A DNA stretch of 62,650 bases, the filler included, from Sphacelaria rigidula (lineage: Eukaryota): NCBI GenBank assembly GCA_964200075.2. It is 5 parts of 5 records of this genome, joined end to end, with 100 filler letters (N's around TTAATTAATTAA, not from the genome) between each part and the next. Parts side by side here need not be neighbours in the genome. Positions count along the whole stretch, not along the records: positions 25,108 to 37,559 come from CAXNAA020003757.1; positions 37,660 to 50,105 come from CAXNAA020003758.1; 3 more parts are not named here. One strand, 5' to 3'. Position numbers and translations under genes: made by a program. The notes under the pieces were generated by a model. It saw only the letters and a program-made list of their open reading frames with translations. It did no database searches and was not told where the DNA came from. Below, piece after piece: positions 25,108-38,117 of this stretch (its first letter is position 1; every line of letters begins with the position of its first letter).

Positions 25108-25883
25108 AAAGCGAATGATCAAAGCCTCTCTCAATCGTATCATCTACTCTCAATCTCACGAAAACACTGTTCCCTGTGGTCGGTGGCAAAGGTGTGGCAC
25201 GGGTATCCATAGCACCAGCACACTACTCCACTGAGAGCGACAACTCACAGCTCGAGGATACACGGAGAGGAGGGTTTACTTGCCTCGCTGAGCCATGACA
25301 AAACTGCTGCTGCACGTCTTTTGGCCAGAACTATCTATTTTGTGTCTCTTCTGCCAGGCGCCCTTGTCCTTCTGGCGACCATCTACGCCTACAAACATCC
25401 ATTCTGCAGAAAGTCACGGGACTGTCATCGGACAAATCTTACAAGGGTCGGACAAATAATTCGTCTGAAAATTACTTGGTCATGAGTCGACTCGTGACGA
25501 ATCAACACCTGGGCTTTATTTCAGCCTTGCAACCCAGGTACACGCAGCCCAGACACGTGGAATGGCGCAAAAGTTGCGTGGATAAATTTACTCCTTGGGC
25601 AACTTTTTCTTCCTTTTGTACAATCAGGCCGAAAAAATCGTGAATTTGGTGATTTTGAGTCGTGATGATTTGTCCTAACCGTGAAATCTTAGAACAGAAT
25701 CACATGGCGTCGAAAGCAGTCATTCAAGAGTAATGGAGTGAATTCATGTACGGTCAACAGTAGATACTGTACTGATATGCCCGACGTAGCTCAAACTCCA
25801 TCTCCGGGGGGTGTTACACCAAGTATCGGTTCTACTATTGCAGGTTAAACATTTTATTGTGCTGCTTATGTGATGAGCCGAAC

Positions 25884-26592
25884 CTGCATGCCATCATGAC
25901 CTTGTAGCCTTCAACCGCAGCAAGTCGTCGAGAGCACTCTTTCCCGATACCTGCTTTTTTCAAGCGCAACAAACTGAAACTGAGCGAGTGGTGAAAATAT
26001 AACGTGCTATTGGGTATGTGACACTCCACGGTATGGGAGACTTTCGGCGTCCTGTACGGTGCACTTAGACTCAAGAAGTCTTTACTGTTCTCCGGATTGA
26101 AAGCCGACACGAGATGGTTGAACCAGGAGCAGCAATCGTTTCAGAATCAATCACTGCGACACAAGGGCTCAACAGGAGCACATGTCGGGCCTCACGATCG
26201 CATAGCGTTTTGAAGTTGCAGTACATTGTCGTGTAGGCAATCCTAATGAACATGGATTCAAGCACGACAGATGGCAGACACAAAACAGCTGTGCGATGCC
26301 GTAAAACAAGACAGCGAACAGTACAGAAAGGGTGGTATCAAGGGACGGGACACTCTGTACTACGGTGCTTTTGTACTTGCATACTGCAGTACAGACAGGG
26401 CTTATCCAACAACCGCAGTATACTGTACATAGCGTACATACACATATAGTGAATACAAACAATAGAACAACACAGTATGGTACACCCACCTGAATTTGCT
26501 CCCGTCACGACGACCAGTCGTCTGTGCATCGCTGAAAAAGCCGCGACCAACTGGCTACAGGTCATGACCACACATAGTACTCGCATAGCCAT
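25884..26592 (-). CDS. Short-chain dehydrogenase/reductase (retinol dehydrogenase/POR-like subgroup), 5' exons 26592-26490 and 25950-25884
   Basis: Spliced product MAMRVLCVVMTCSQLVAAFSAMHRRLVVVTGANSGIGKECSRRLAAVEGYKVMMACR contains TGxxxGxG and ACR motifs. Signal-peptide-like N-terminus with AF. Downstream exons not resolved. Confidence 0.75.
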
Positions 26593-29238
26593 ATCGACAC
26601 AAAAATATTTCTGGTGGGGGGCAAAACGAGAGGGCCGCCGATAGACCTCCGCATGTGTGCTAGAACAGTGCAGTGTAAAGACAGCGGTGCACCTGTACTG
26701 TGCACGTGTCGTCTGTGTAATCTACTGCTGCGGGCTAATTATGTTTCATAGAATTTAATTCATGCGTCTTGCCAAAACCTTAAACTGGTAATCCACCTGC
26801 CCAACATTGGCCCAACCAACCAACAAAGCGCTGAACGGTGCCGTGCGCCGTGAGTAGCGTTACACCACCATCGTGAGATACTGACCGACTTTATGATGAA
26901 AATCACTTGACTTATCAATTTCGAGTTTCCACACGGAATGCCAGCGGCTCTAACCCAGATGAATAGTAAACCCATCGCGATCTAGCCTGCAGATACACCG
27001 GAAACGGGGGGGGTATCAGAAAGCCGATGGTAGTACGGCTTGTCCACAGCACCTGGAAGACCTACATTTGCCAGGTCGATCAAAACCACCCCTTCGAGGT
27101 AACGAACGGAGGCGCAATCTGGTCTAGAAGAAAGCCCTTCAGAAACTGTGGGTAGCAGTAGCTCCAGCCACGGCACGCAGCTCTGACTGGAGGAGGACGG
27201 GTGCAGTTTGTACGGGAGCAAGGGAGATGAAAAAATATATGAAGCCTAGCAAGATCGGCGCTAGAGCGAGATCGTCCGCACTTGCTACAGAGGTGAGGCC
27301 GAATGTAGGTTCTCTTCGGTGCATGGTGTGACAATTCAGTGGGTGGCGGGAAAAACGTTCGCAGATGCCACAAGTTGTTATTCTTCGCTATCTTAGATCG
27401 CGTAGCGAACACGCCATGGAAAGACAGACGATCACACACACTTCGGTCTCTTGACCGTTATTTATTGAAAGTGCCAAGTTTGGTCAAAAATAAAACTGCG
27501 GCCAGCGGGAAATGCTGAGTTGCCTGGAACGGTCTCAAGAAGTAGAGTAAGTCACTCCAAGGTGTCAACATCCGCCTAGCGCCCAGCCCTCTTTTCGGGC
27601 ATAAGACGACGGGGAAGGGTCCAAACGGCAGTTTTCAACAGGATTTTTGAACGGCCCCCATAAGAAATGGTGTAAGCATAACCATCTTCACTCCTGCACC
27701 AAAGTAGAAAACAACGATATATATTGGCACAACACCATATATTGGCACAACGCCCATACATGCGGGGATAGATTTAGATTTTTTACGAGTACCTGTACAC
27801 GTGAGATTTTTCCAGGGATTTGATTTTTCGCTGTTCATGACTCAAAACATGATCGATCATTTATTTAATTCTATGCGATTTATTCGACTCAACCAGTGTA
27901 ATATCTGTAATTGCAAAAGTTATCGCCTAATGGGCGTGGAGCCTGCCGTTCCACACCCGCCGCCGTTCACAGAGGACACGGCAGCTCACGCGTCGTATAT
28001 ACCAACGAAGGCGAACCTAAGGCGAGGTGGGTAATGCACGCGGCAGCCACAAGGTTGTTTCCGACCTCGGATACCTATCTTAAGTAGCCCATCTCGAGTC
28101 CCGACGCTGTCGGTTCGTGTTCAAACAAGAGGTGATTTGTTTCTTCAAAGTACGTGAGCATCTTCTTGTATTTTTTCCTGCTTATTTGCAAGATATGGGG
28201 GGGGAAAATATACCGGAAAAAGCGGCCTCGAAGCTCGATGAGCACGGAAGTACAGCAGTTTTCAGTATTACTGTAGTATTGTCGCCAAGCCTGGTGTAAC
28301 GTGTGCCTACGTTAACAACATGTAAGCACAAGCCGGAAGGTATGTTTGACTGATGGTGCTGCGATTGCCCTCCTCCAAACCAGCCCGAAGACCGTCACAC
28401 AGAATTGGTTATACGTGTTTCGTAGCTGATTTCAGACTACATGAAGCGCCTCATACGGGTGACATTGGCGAAAACGATCCCATGCATCATGGTTTCCAGG
28501 TGCCTGGTGTGCTCGGTCTTCGCCATTTTTGTCCGCATGTAGATTTTGCCTCCTCAAACAAGCCAATTTTCTTGAGAGGGCTATTGCGGCATCACTCATT
28601 TATTCTGTCGGCGACAAGCGAGCGCGTTTGTTCATGCAGCTGCTACCGGCAGCATAGTAGAGCCGAGATCGTGGTCAAATCGAAGGCTACACGCGGGCTT
28701 GTCAGGCAGGCCACTTTGATCGAACCACGTGCTGCGAAAAGAAGGCGCTGTTGATAAGGGCTTTTTTTTCGTACGTCATTTGTTCATTTTCTGGAGACGT
28801 GTCACCCTTCCCTCTTCCCAAGGGGTCCCACTTCGGGAAATCACGGCTACAGCGCCCCCCCCTCCCTCCCGTCTCGAAGGGGACGCGTCGTCAATGGTCA
28901 AACGACGAAGGTAAGCAACAAATGAGTACGCCCCCCCCCCATTCTCCCCCCCCTCCCCGCCTCCCTCCCAAGCGGTTGAGGATTAGGAAATGACCGCATC
29001 AACTTGGCGATGCTCCATCTCGAAAGGGATGCGTGGTCAATGGTCAAACGACTAAGGCAAGCAACAAATGAGTACGCCTCCCCCCCCTATCGTAGCATGA
29101 CTCCGATATGATTGACACTAAAAATATTCTTAACATACAACTTCCATGCCAGTATGGTACGCTAGAGAGGTCAATCACAGCGCTACTCGCTGAAAGCGTA
29201 ACCAGCCACGAGTAATGATGAACACGCCATCCACAAAC

Positions 29239-29539
29239 CTCGAAGTCGCCGAACGACGATGCGCTCGGTTCGCTCAGCTGTCCAGCAGGGTTAACGTTTT
29301 CAGCTGCCCGCTGTTTCCTTTGCGCAGCTACGCGTGCACGGGACTTCATAAACATCCTGAGTTGTGCGATGGTGGAGAAAATGGGTGAAAAACGTCAGCA
29401 CAAGCAGGGGACAGCTGTACCTTTGGCGTCTTTGGATGCGGTCCATTGCGTGACTCCAAAGAACAGTTGCCCACCTACGTGACATCTCGAACCAGGTCAC
29501 CGCGAGTATGAGGTATACCCAGGGATCGGTAATTTCGAC
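29239..29539 (-). CDS. Two putative coding exons (29539-29421, 29356-29239) of an unknown protein
   Basis: AG/GT borders with matching phase give VEITDPWVYLILAVTWFEMSRRWATVLWSHAMDRIQRRQRMFMKSRARV...; no recognised homology. Confidence 0.3.
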
Positions 29540-30027
29540 CTGTGCATTGTGACTGGCGGCATTTGTGCCCGCTCGAAATGACTCAGATATTTACGAGCCT
29601 ACTTTCCGAGACCACAGGAAACCGAATTCAGCGATCTTCACGAGATGTTTTGGACCTAGTTCCACCTTGCTGCTTGCGTTGTTGCTCGCTTTGCTCAAGG
29701 GAGGAACCTAGATCCAAACCGTACTGGGGTAAATGATCATGCTTTTAAAAACTCTGAGCCAGAATCTAACGGGTGCTGAACGGGGCACCATGCACCCCGA
29801 TTGCACACTTTCGAGAGACCGCTTCCGCGCTGGCCATGACTCCCCAGGAAGGATTTGAAAACAGATGAATAGCCAAGTCAGACTGGGTTCCAAAAGCGTT
29901 CGCCCAGGGCACGTGGAGTCTGAGAACTTGGTTCTCAAGGGCTAACCCGCCTAGGTGTTTCGGAGTTCAGCTCAAACATGCCTTTGTGTTTTCCTTGCCC
30001 CCCCCGACGTAAACCCCGGGCTATCGT

Positions 30028-30809
30028 TCATATGTCGCACCTATTTCCTCTACTGTACATGGAAGTTGTGGCATTTCGCGACGTAGCCGCATAGTTGCCT
30101 TCATTGTCGGCAGTACCGCCTATACCCCTAGCATCCACGACTGCATCGCTCCATTTGCCACCAGTCGAAAGTAGCACTCTCCCGCCTCCCGCCGTGAATA
30201 CACCGATGCTGAGTAAGACGATCACCATGAACACTACAAACCATCTGCGCGCTGTGGTGTCATCGACCGACAAGCCGATTGCGGACGGTACTGCTTCTTC
30301 TGGGGCCATGGCGTCGAGGTAGGATGTTGAGGAAGTATCTCGGCTGGGCACTCTCCTTGGCAACGGGACGGAATATTGCGATAAGGTGACGGATGTGATC
30401 GACACGTCCTCGAAGCAGTCCCCGACAAGCATCGCCGCAAACCCATGTGTTATGTTCGCAAAGGAGGCTAATGCTTCGGCAGCTTTCATCGCACCCGTGC
30501 CCTGACGCAAGTTGAGTAGGACATACGCACGTACGGAGGAGAGGAGATTCATCACGAATGCCGGTAGGGGAGAAAACACGCTCATCACATTGGCGACAAC
30601 AAGAAATAACTCACGATGCCACCTGGCCACAAGGTCCCGGGTTTTCAATCCCACCCTGATCATCGTGCCAGTCATGACAAAACCTGCGGGAGTTGAGCGG
30701 GGAGTAAAAAGTCTAGAAAAGGGTTGGGGGGATATGCAGCGACCGGGTTCAATGGTTTGCGAACTGAGGTTTCGGGGAGATCAATGATCTCGTCGCCCGG
30801 TACGCGCAA

Positions 30810-30863
<54 letters not shown>

Positions 30864-33800
30864 CGCACTTTAAGTGAGCCCCCAGGGATTCAGGCGTGGT
30901 CACATTATAGACGTACCCAAGGAAAAACAAATCTGAAACACTCGCTGAAAAACAAAAGGAACAAAAAAAGTCAAACACGACATAGTAGACTAAGACGTGA
31001 AAAAAAAGAAGTCAACATAAGCAAAGAACAAGCACAGAATATATTGACGATCTAGAACAAAGAATAAAACTAGAAAAAAGAAATAGAAAAACGGGAGAAA
31101 AGCAAAGACGGAAAAGACCTCAGGGATTCAGGGCAAGAGAGTATGCGTGGAAAGTGTTGCACAATGATCGCTACCGCTAGCTGGCGGCAACAGTGACCTC
31201 CAGGAGACTATTATGGGTGGAAATTTCGATTAAGAGCCTCATAGAAGGGTCAGCTGATGTGGAACTATTCACAAAATGACTTAAATGCTACTGCTCGTAC
31301 GGGGTACATTTTTTTGTGCAGGATAAGACGAAAAAACAATAACTTTTCGCAATTGCGCTCAAAAACCTTAATTTTGGAAGGATTTGCATTGTGAGCAAGG
31401 CGAGTCGAGCGGCCGTTGCCCATCGCTGGATGCGCGCGTCAGTGATAAAATCGTCGAGTTATTGGCAACAACCGCAGTGGAACGACGAGCAACCGCGACA
31501 GTACATTTGAAAGTGTCCGCTTGTTTATCGAATATAGGTACATACTTTCAATGACCGTGACGGTTTCAACCGCGAATACGAAGAGCAAGGGGTGTGCATC
31601 TATCACCACTAACGACGCTCCCCATATCGTATATTTGATTGATTGATTGATTAATTGGTTTTTTGTCGCACTTCAACTGATCCCCCAGAGCCCCATCCGT
31701 GGTTTATGTGACCGCATTTATGGTAGCTCGTGCGCTGGAACCAGCACACCGTCATGAGCAGTGCCGAGATAGCCCCCTCCACAATCCAACCCCCAAACTG
31801 TCACGAATAAAATGCCCATGTCGCGCATAATAGTTGGCTTCAGATTGCATGAAGTGCCTCATGTGGACGACATTGGCGAAACTCGCGGGAGTTCCCAACT
31901 GCTCGATGTCCTCGGCTCTTGTCGTTTCGATTCACTTGTAGATTCTGTCCCCTGAAACCAGACACTTTTCTGGGGGGGAGGGGGGTATCGCGGCATCTGT
32001 GCAATGCGATAAGTGACGATAGATACGCTCAACGATCGGCATATACAGGGCCTGAAAGAGAATATACAGCTTGGTAGACAATAACAGAAGCATGCACCGA
32101 GTCGCTCTCTATGCAGCGCTCCATCGTCATAAGATTCAAGACGTTTGAACTTAACCGAACTAGTAATGCTGTGCCAACTCACATAAATGTCTGTGACGAA
32201 AAAGATATCCAGAGTGGTGGTGACGTCGTCATTGATTGTTCCCTCCAACATTCTGCCCTGCGAGTCAACCACAATATATGCTGAAGCCGATCCTGCCGCA
32301 GTAACCAAACCAGAGTTCCCACCCAATAATGCTGTAGCAGTACTTGCACCTCCCTCTCGATTGAAGTCAGTCGTTTCCACTGCCGTTGGACTGGATGTAG
32401 CGGTTGCACTAAAAGTACTATCAGCTGCAGTTTCGTTGTGGTTAAGATCCACTATTTCGCAACCCCCTTCGCTGTGGCTAACGCATTCGCACGACTCCAC
32501 GCCGAATGCTTCGTTGCACGCTGCAACGATAGCTCCCAATCCGCACGGATCCTGTGCTTCCTCTCCCGTGCGGTCCAGTCGACGGCGCCTGCCGCAACCA
32601 ATTTGAGAATTTCGACCGAAATTCACGCAAAACGCCCAAAACTTCAACCCTGGAGATGAACCCATGCACTACAGTATACACTGCAGCGGGAGGTTTAGTA
32701 CAGTATATGATCCTTTTCTAAATCACAGAAGATGAGGACTGGGATACAGGAGATGCACCTCAAAAACAATTTCGTGGGTCTGCCATGAATCTTTCTGCGG
32801 GGCGAATAGTTCGGGCGGGTTCACAGCCATGTTCGTCCCATCGATACACGACTCACAAAAATATGATATTTTCTATGTTTTTTGGCACGCAATGGTGCCT
32901 CTAGTCCAACGTGCTGCACCTCCGTGTTGCAGAATAGGTGGCCACAGAAGTGTAGGTTAGCACCACCGGGTTCCCCGCTCCGCTTGGGGTGTACGTGGTG
33001 ACCGAATCGCTCGCGCTGACGGACTGGTCATCATCTAGCGGTCCATTAGCAATCTAAAACACGGATGGAGGTGATTTTAAGGGAACGAAAAATAGGAGTG
33101 TCTAATTATTGTTTGATAGGATCGCGGGTACCAACTAGCGTGCGAGTTTCTGTCCAACCAGGTGGTATACAGGCAGTGGGTGAAACGATGCGCAGGTCTT
33201 GCGCCATCGGCGTGAATCAAGGTGCACATGAATGCGATGGAGTTACGGTTTCAGATCTCAGACGCTCATGATTACTCGGAGATCGAAAAAGGTGTGATTC
33301 CGAAACACTTAATCACGCGGATACACGACGCCACACGTGCGGGGAATGGCGCATGTGATCTAGGCATGGATTGGAGAGTTACTGTCGTAGGTTTTCACCA
33401 TATCTTTCCGCAGCACTATTCCGACCTTTCATCGCACTGTCTTACCGCTGTCGCGGTGTTGACGACGCTACCGATGGTGAGGTCGACCGTAGACACAAGG
33501 TAGGGCTCCGCCGCTCCGCAGGTTAACGATGCGCCAGGGAGAAGGTCTTCCACGGGACAAACGACACCCCCTGACAGGTCGTAGTCTTCGACGTTAACAC
33601 CCTGCATTGTCACTGTTCCAAGGTTCGTGACCTAGTACGAAGACATAGATGGGCCACGAAAGCATGCACCGACCACCGGGGAAGTCATGATCAGGGGTAA
33701 TGAGCTACGTTACGCAGTTGCATCTGGGGTCACAGCGGACGTGATTGCTACCCTTTCTCGCGCGTGTGGACTTCTTCCAGTGTACCGTCCCACCGTTGAA

Positions 33801-36752
33801 AAATACTGCTGAACAACGCAACTCTGTGCAGAGCATTCTCCAAGAGCCTCATGTGTGTGCCTCAGCAAGTGCCCGTGAACCCTGCTTTCCTTACCTCGAA
33901 CACATAGATAATACTGTCAATTCCGTCAGCTCCTTGTACGTAGGTGGAGTTCTTGAATAACCCGAGCTCGAGCTTGCGAGCGAGACTGACGTTGTCGGTG
34001 TCTGCCGTTGTCTGGTTATTCGATGATGGGTCCATATATGTCACCACCGCCTTATGCAAACGTTTCCGAGGCACCGCAATCGGGGAAAAATGATATCTTA
34101 TGTAAAAACTGCTCAGCAAGGTCATTTAGGGGTCATATTAAGGCCACTTCTTATGTGAAAAAAAAAGTATCTTAGAGAAAAGGCCTTTCCGGCTGTTCTC
34201 CATCGTTTTTCGCCCGAAAAGAGGGCTGGCGGATGTTGACACCTTGGAATGACTCGCTCTGCTCGCTGAGACCTTTCCAGGGCACCTTTGCGTTCTTCGT
34301 AGGTCACAGTTTGGTTTTGGGCTACACTTGCATTTTCAATAATAAACGGTCAAGGTATCAAGAAATAGGGAAAAAGACGCCAATTTATATAACTTGGCCG
34401 TGTGTTTTCGAAAATGAAAGTGTAGCCAAAAACAATACTTCGACCTACGGAAAAAGGAAGGGTGCCCTGGAACTCTCTCAACGAGTAGAGCAAGGCACTT
34501 CAAGGTGTCCACATCCATTGAATCCTCTTTCCGGGCGAAAAACGTCGGAGGAGGACCACAACAGCATTTTCCGACATGAAATTATTTTTACACATAATTA
34601 GTAGGGTAAGGAGGCATTCGTTTTCAGACTTTTCTGGATCCGCCCCTCCAAAAACAAAATGTTTTCCTTCCCAACTTTTCCGAAAAACAAGTTGCTGGAA
34701 AAATTCCGACGCTACATTTTTGGAGAAAATCTGTAGTGGGTAATAAATTGATCTATTTGCTTGACCCCTGGTCAATAAATCTGCTATCACATTTTTCGGA
34801 CAAAAGTTGTTTTCCCGAAACGTACGGGGGTTTGGGAGGAAGAGAATAGACCCGTTAATACTAGCCCTTGTCGAAATGTCACAGATACCACTAGATCGAC
34901 TGTTTAGCTCAGTCGTATCTGTGACACCTTAACGAAAGCTAATTCCGGGCTTCGATCCTCCCCACGATGAGTCCTTCTTGCCCAGAGGTACCCGATCAGA
35001 GTGGTGATGGGTATAATTCACTTCGGTGAGAGGCATAGATAGCCTACGGAAGCCATGGATTTGGTCGAGCGAGACGCTGAACAAAGTGGTAGAAATCCTG
35101 GGGAGAACACCGAAGGTCCGATGGTTCAACAGCATGAAGGACCCCCGGATTAGCTATTGTTGAGATGTCATGGATGCCATTGAGCTGAACAGTAAACGCT
35201 GACTGTTTAGCTCAGTTGTATCTGTGATATCTTGACACCCCTTAGGTGTGTCGTGGAGGAAAATTTCGTCTCAGATTCATTTGCACCACGCAGTTATGGA
35301 CACGAAGAGATCTTAATTGAGACATCTTCTCAATGATCAACTGGGGGTTTTGTTTCTGTCAGACGTCAGCTCGTTGTTGGCATTTCGTTTCCTCTTGGAC
35401 ACTGTAAACCAAGCTGCGGACGTAACTTAGAAAAAAGTCCCGTTTTGGGGCCGGAATAGTTCTTGAGAACGTCTTCCTGGCAATCTTGTTCACCTTTTGG
35501 GATGACTGACAACCTGTCATTATTTCCATATCCCTGAGAAAAACGATTGAGAAAGGTATGACCCGTGCTCTAAATAAGCACATGCATGAAAAGAAGTACA
35601 AACTGACTTCGGTCGAAAATACTGAAATGGCCGCGTGTGCGCCGGTCAGCTCCATACATCCCCCCAATTCTGGCTCTTCTCTTGTGTTCTGATTCTTGGT
35701 ACACGTAGATAGGTTAACTATGACACAGGACATGCATAGCGCAATACTTCAGGACATCATTCCAGCACGTGAGTATGTACACGCTCTGGTACTCCAGACA
35801 TGCCATTTGTCCAGCACGCTTGTCAGTGCATGGTTGGGGCGCCTTGATCCCGCCTATGATTTTCGGACTCTCTCCACTACCGAACAAGAAAAATACTCGC
35901 AGAGTTACCGGTGACAATCACGTATCCCGTGTATGCTAGCTGAATGATGGTGCATCATTTACCTTGTCTAACCATTATCGCGAATGAATTGGTTTCGACT
36001 TTTCCTTGATTGATTGATTGATTGATTGACTGATTGATCGACTGTCGGGCATTACAAAGTCATGCTCCAGGGATCCCCCCACGGTCACAACATAGACGTA
36101 TCCTAGGCAAATACAATGGATGCACTCGCTACAAAAACTTGAGAGAGGGAAAAGACAACAAAAAGAGAAAATAACGAAACAGAAATGAAATAAAAAATAG
36201 GGAAAGGAAAAGGGAGGGAATAGGAAAGAGGAGGGAATAGGAAAGGGGAGGAGAACACGAATAACCGGTGCCGATGAAAATAGTCGAGTTGACGACAAAA
36301 AAGAAGAAATAATGGGAGAACAGGAGAACGAAGGAATGAAAAAGAGGATACGAAAAACCAGGAACAGGAAAAAGCCTGCCCGTACAGCATGGTTTCAGAC
36401 AAGAACGACCACACGAGAGGAATGAGTTCCGAGGAAGCTACTCGGGAACGGCACTTCCTGGTGGTGAACATTTCCTATTTTTCCACGGCTACGGGGACGA
36501 GACACAAACACCGCTACAGGTTTTTAGAATACTGTAAGAACAAATGTTTCTCTTTTCCCATAATCGAACAGGAACAACCGACATCCACGGAATGTCTTCA
36601 CGGTATGTACAAGATACCTGATTCATCACGAAGCCTTGGTCCACGTCATCCTGCACGAGGGAGTACGTACCCCCGCACGAGAACGATGCTCCGGGATCCA
36701 ATCGCTCGGGCTGCGTAGAACAGTTCACGCCTGGCAGTTTGTCATCCACCAC
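30028..36752 (-). CDS. Single-pass membrane protein with DUF11/DUF7507-like ('conserved repeat domain') Ig-like repeats, 3' part; exons 36752-36618, 34050-33895, 33631-33446, ~33053-32967, 32668-32183, 30501-30028
   Basis: Phase-0 joins give IIYVFE-VTNLGTVTMQGVNVED..VVCPVEDLLPGASLTC..Y.V...DL..GSVVNTATA and VVDDKLPGVNC...LDPGASFSCGGTYSLVQDDVDQGFVMNQA. These are followed by RRRRL, a Cys-rich segment and a TM helix WFVVFMVIVLLSIGVFTA. The fourth exon end and last exon boundaries are less certain. Confidence 0.72.
30810..31060 (-). mobile_element. Retroposon-like (SINE/LINE 3' end) family F with (CAAT)n tail; other copies about 31636-31710, 36007-36200, 38505-38570, 41205-41255
   Basis: (ATTG)n run, degenerate in some copies, followed on + by TCGCACTT.AA.TGA.CCCCCAGGGATCCAG.CGTGGTCACAT-like sequence. 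Copies share this end and differ in length at the other, as expected for 5'-truncated retroposons. Confidence 0.65.
34185..34575. mobile_element. MITE-like family B, longer copy with internal spacer
   Basis: Left arm (CCGAAAAGAGGGCTGGCGGATGTTGACACCTTGG) and inverted right arm (CAAGGTGTCCACATCC..TCTTTCCGGGCGAAAAACG) are homologous to 15864-16083. Confidence 0.7.
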
Positions 36753-37559
36753 CTGCAGGCCACAAACCATATTCCAGTGGCGGGAGTGAGATATTCAATA
36801 CACACTTGGATGAGCTTGAAGAACAGACCATAAAACTGCTAAGACTACTCGTACCTGTCACGAAACTGAACATGCTCACTACACAGCACCTCCAGGTGCT
36901 GTTTTTTTGTTATGCTCCTGGTGCAGCGACGTGTGACTCAGGAACCTACCACTCGCTTCGTAACTAGATTCCATGAAATCCCTTTTTACTGGATCTGTTG
37001 TGTCGACCACAGACGCTATTCTTCGAGTTAGTGTCCTTAATGCATATTATTGGTCGTTGGGGGGTTCGTTTTCGCCAGGGTGAGATGATTTCATATGCAT
37101 CGTTTGACCAGCGGGCAGCTTTATGCGTGGTCCGTTGCTGTGGTACATCTGTTCATTTGAAGCGTTTGGATTGACCGTTACAGCTTCCACGTAGCCGTTT
37201 TTTGCCTAACGAATATCCAGCTGGATTGCATACTGGGTTATATCCACGATATGGCGGCGTTATGTCACCGTAGGTCACAGTCCCAGACCCACTGAGGTTG
37301 TCCTGAATGGGTTAGACTCCGCAGATCGCGATGACATCATCACGGGGTCACAGGTATGTACAAGTCGCAGTATGCTGTCATGATCTATGTACGTTCATCC
37401 GTTCCCTGCATATAAATTGGCTTGTGGCAGCACATACATTTATCACTGCGAGATCGCTTTAACTTGATCTTGACGATCTGAACCCCCCTCGGTAAAGATA
37501 GACCCTCAACTGTTGCTTGATTAGGGGGGGGGGGGGGGGGGGGCCTCATTCGTTGCGTG

Positions 37560-37659
37560 NNNNNNNNNNNNNNNNNNNNNNNNNNNNNNNNNNNNNNNNN
37601 NNNTTAATTAATTAANNNNNNNNNNNNNNNNNNNNNNNNNNNNNNNNNNNNNNNNNNNN
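37560..37659. other. Artificial contig linker
   Basis: Same 100-bp spacer. Confidence 0.98.
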
Positions 37660-38117
37660 CTTCTGAGTAATCAGGCCGAAGAAATCGTGGATTTGGTGAT
37701 TCGTAGTCGTGATGATTCGTCCTAACCGTGAACTCATTGGAGGCTGTCATCCATATACAAAATAATTAGTAGGCCTCGGGCCAAACAATCTTAGCAGGGT
37801 GCAGCTCGCCCTTCGTGCGACTCGCTGAACACACCACGGCGCCTCGCGCTTCGTGATTGCCTGGTCCGGCGAAAACCCGGCGTGCTCCGTCCCGGCTTTG
37901 TAGGAATGCGAGGTCAATGGTCATATGACTATGGCATGCATGATCATGAGTACACCCCCCCTCCCCTCCCCACTCTCCCTGATGTTGAGATGAGCATATT
38001 TGATGTATCAGCCGTTTGCGGGCGGACTACGTGATGCTGCTTTTGAACGCATGAGAGATATCATCGAAACATCGACCCCCTCACTAGCTTGTTTGTTTGC
38101 ACATGACGCTTGAACAG

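Noticed and set aside
28100-28620. Possible very old LINE RT remnant on the minus strand
   Set aside because: Only faint motif resemblances (IVFANVT) and inconsistent domain order.
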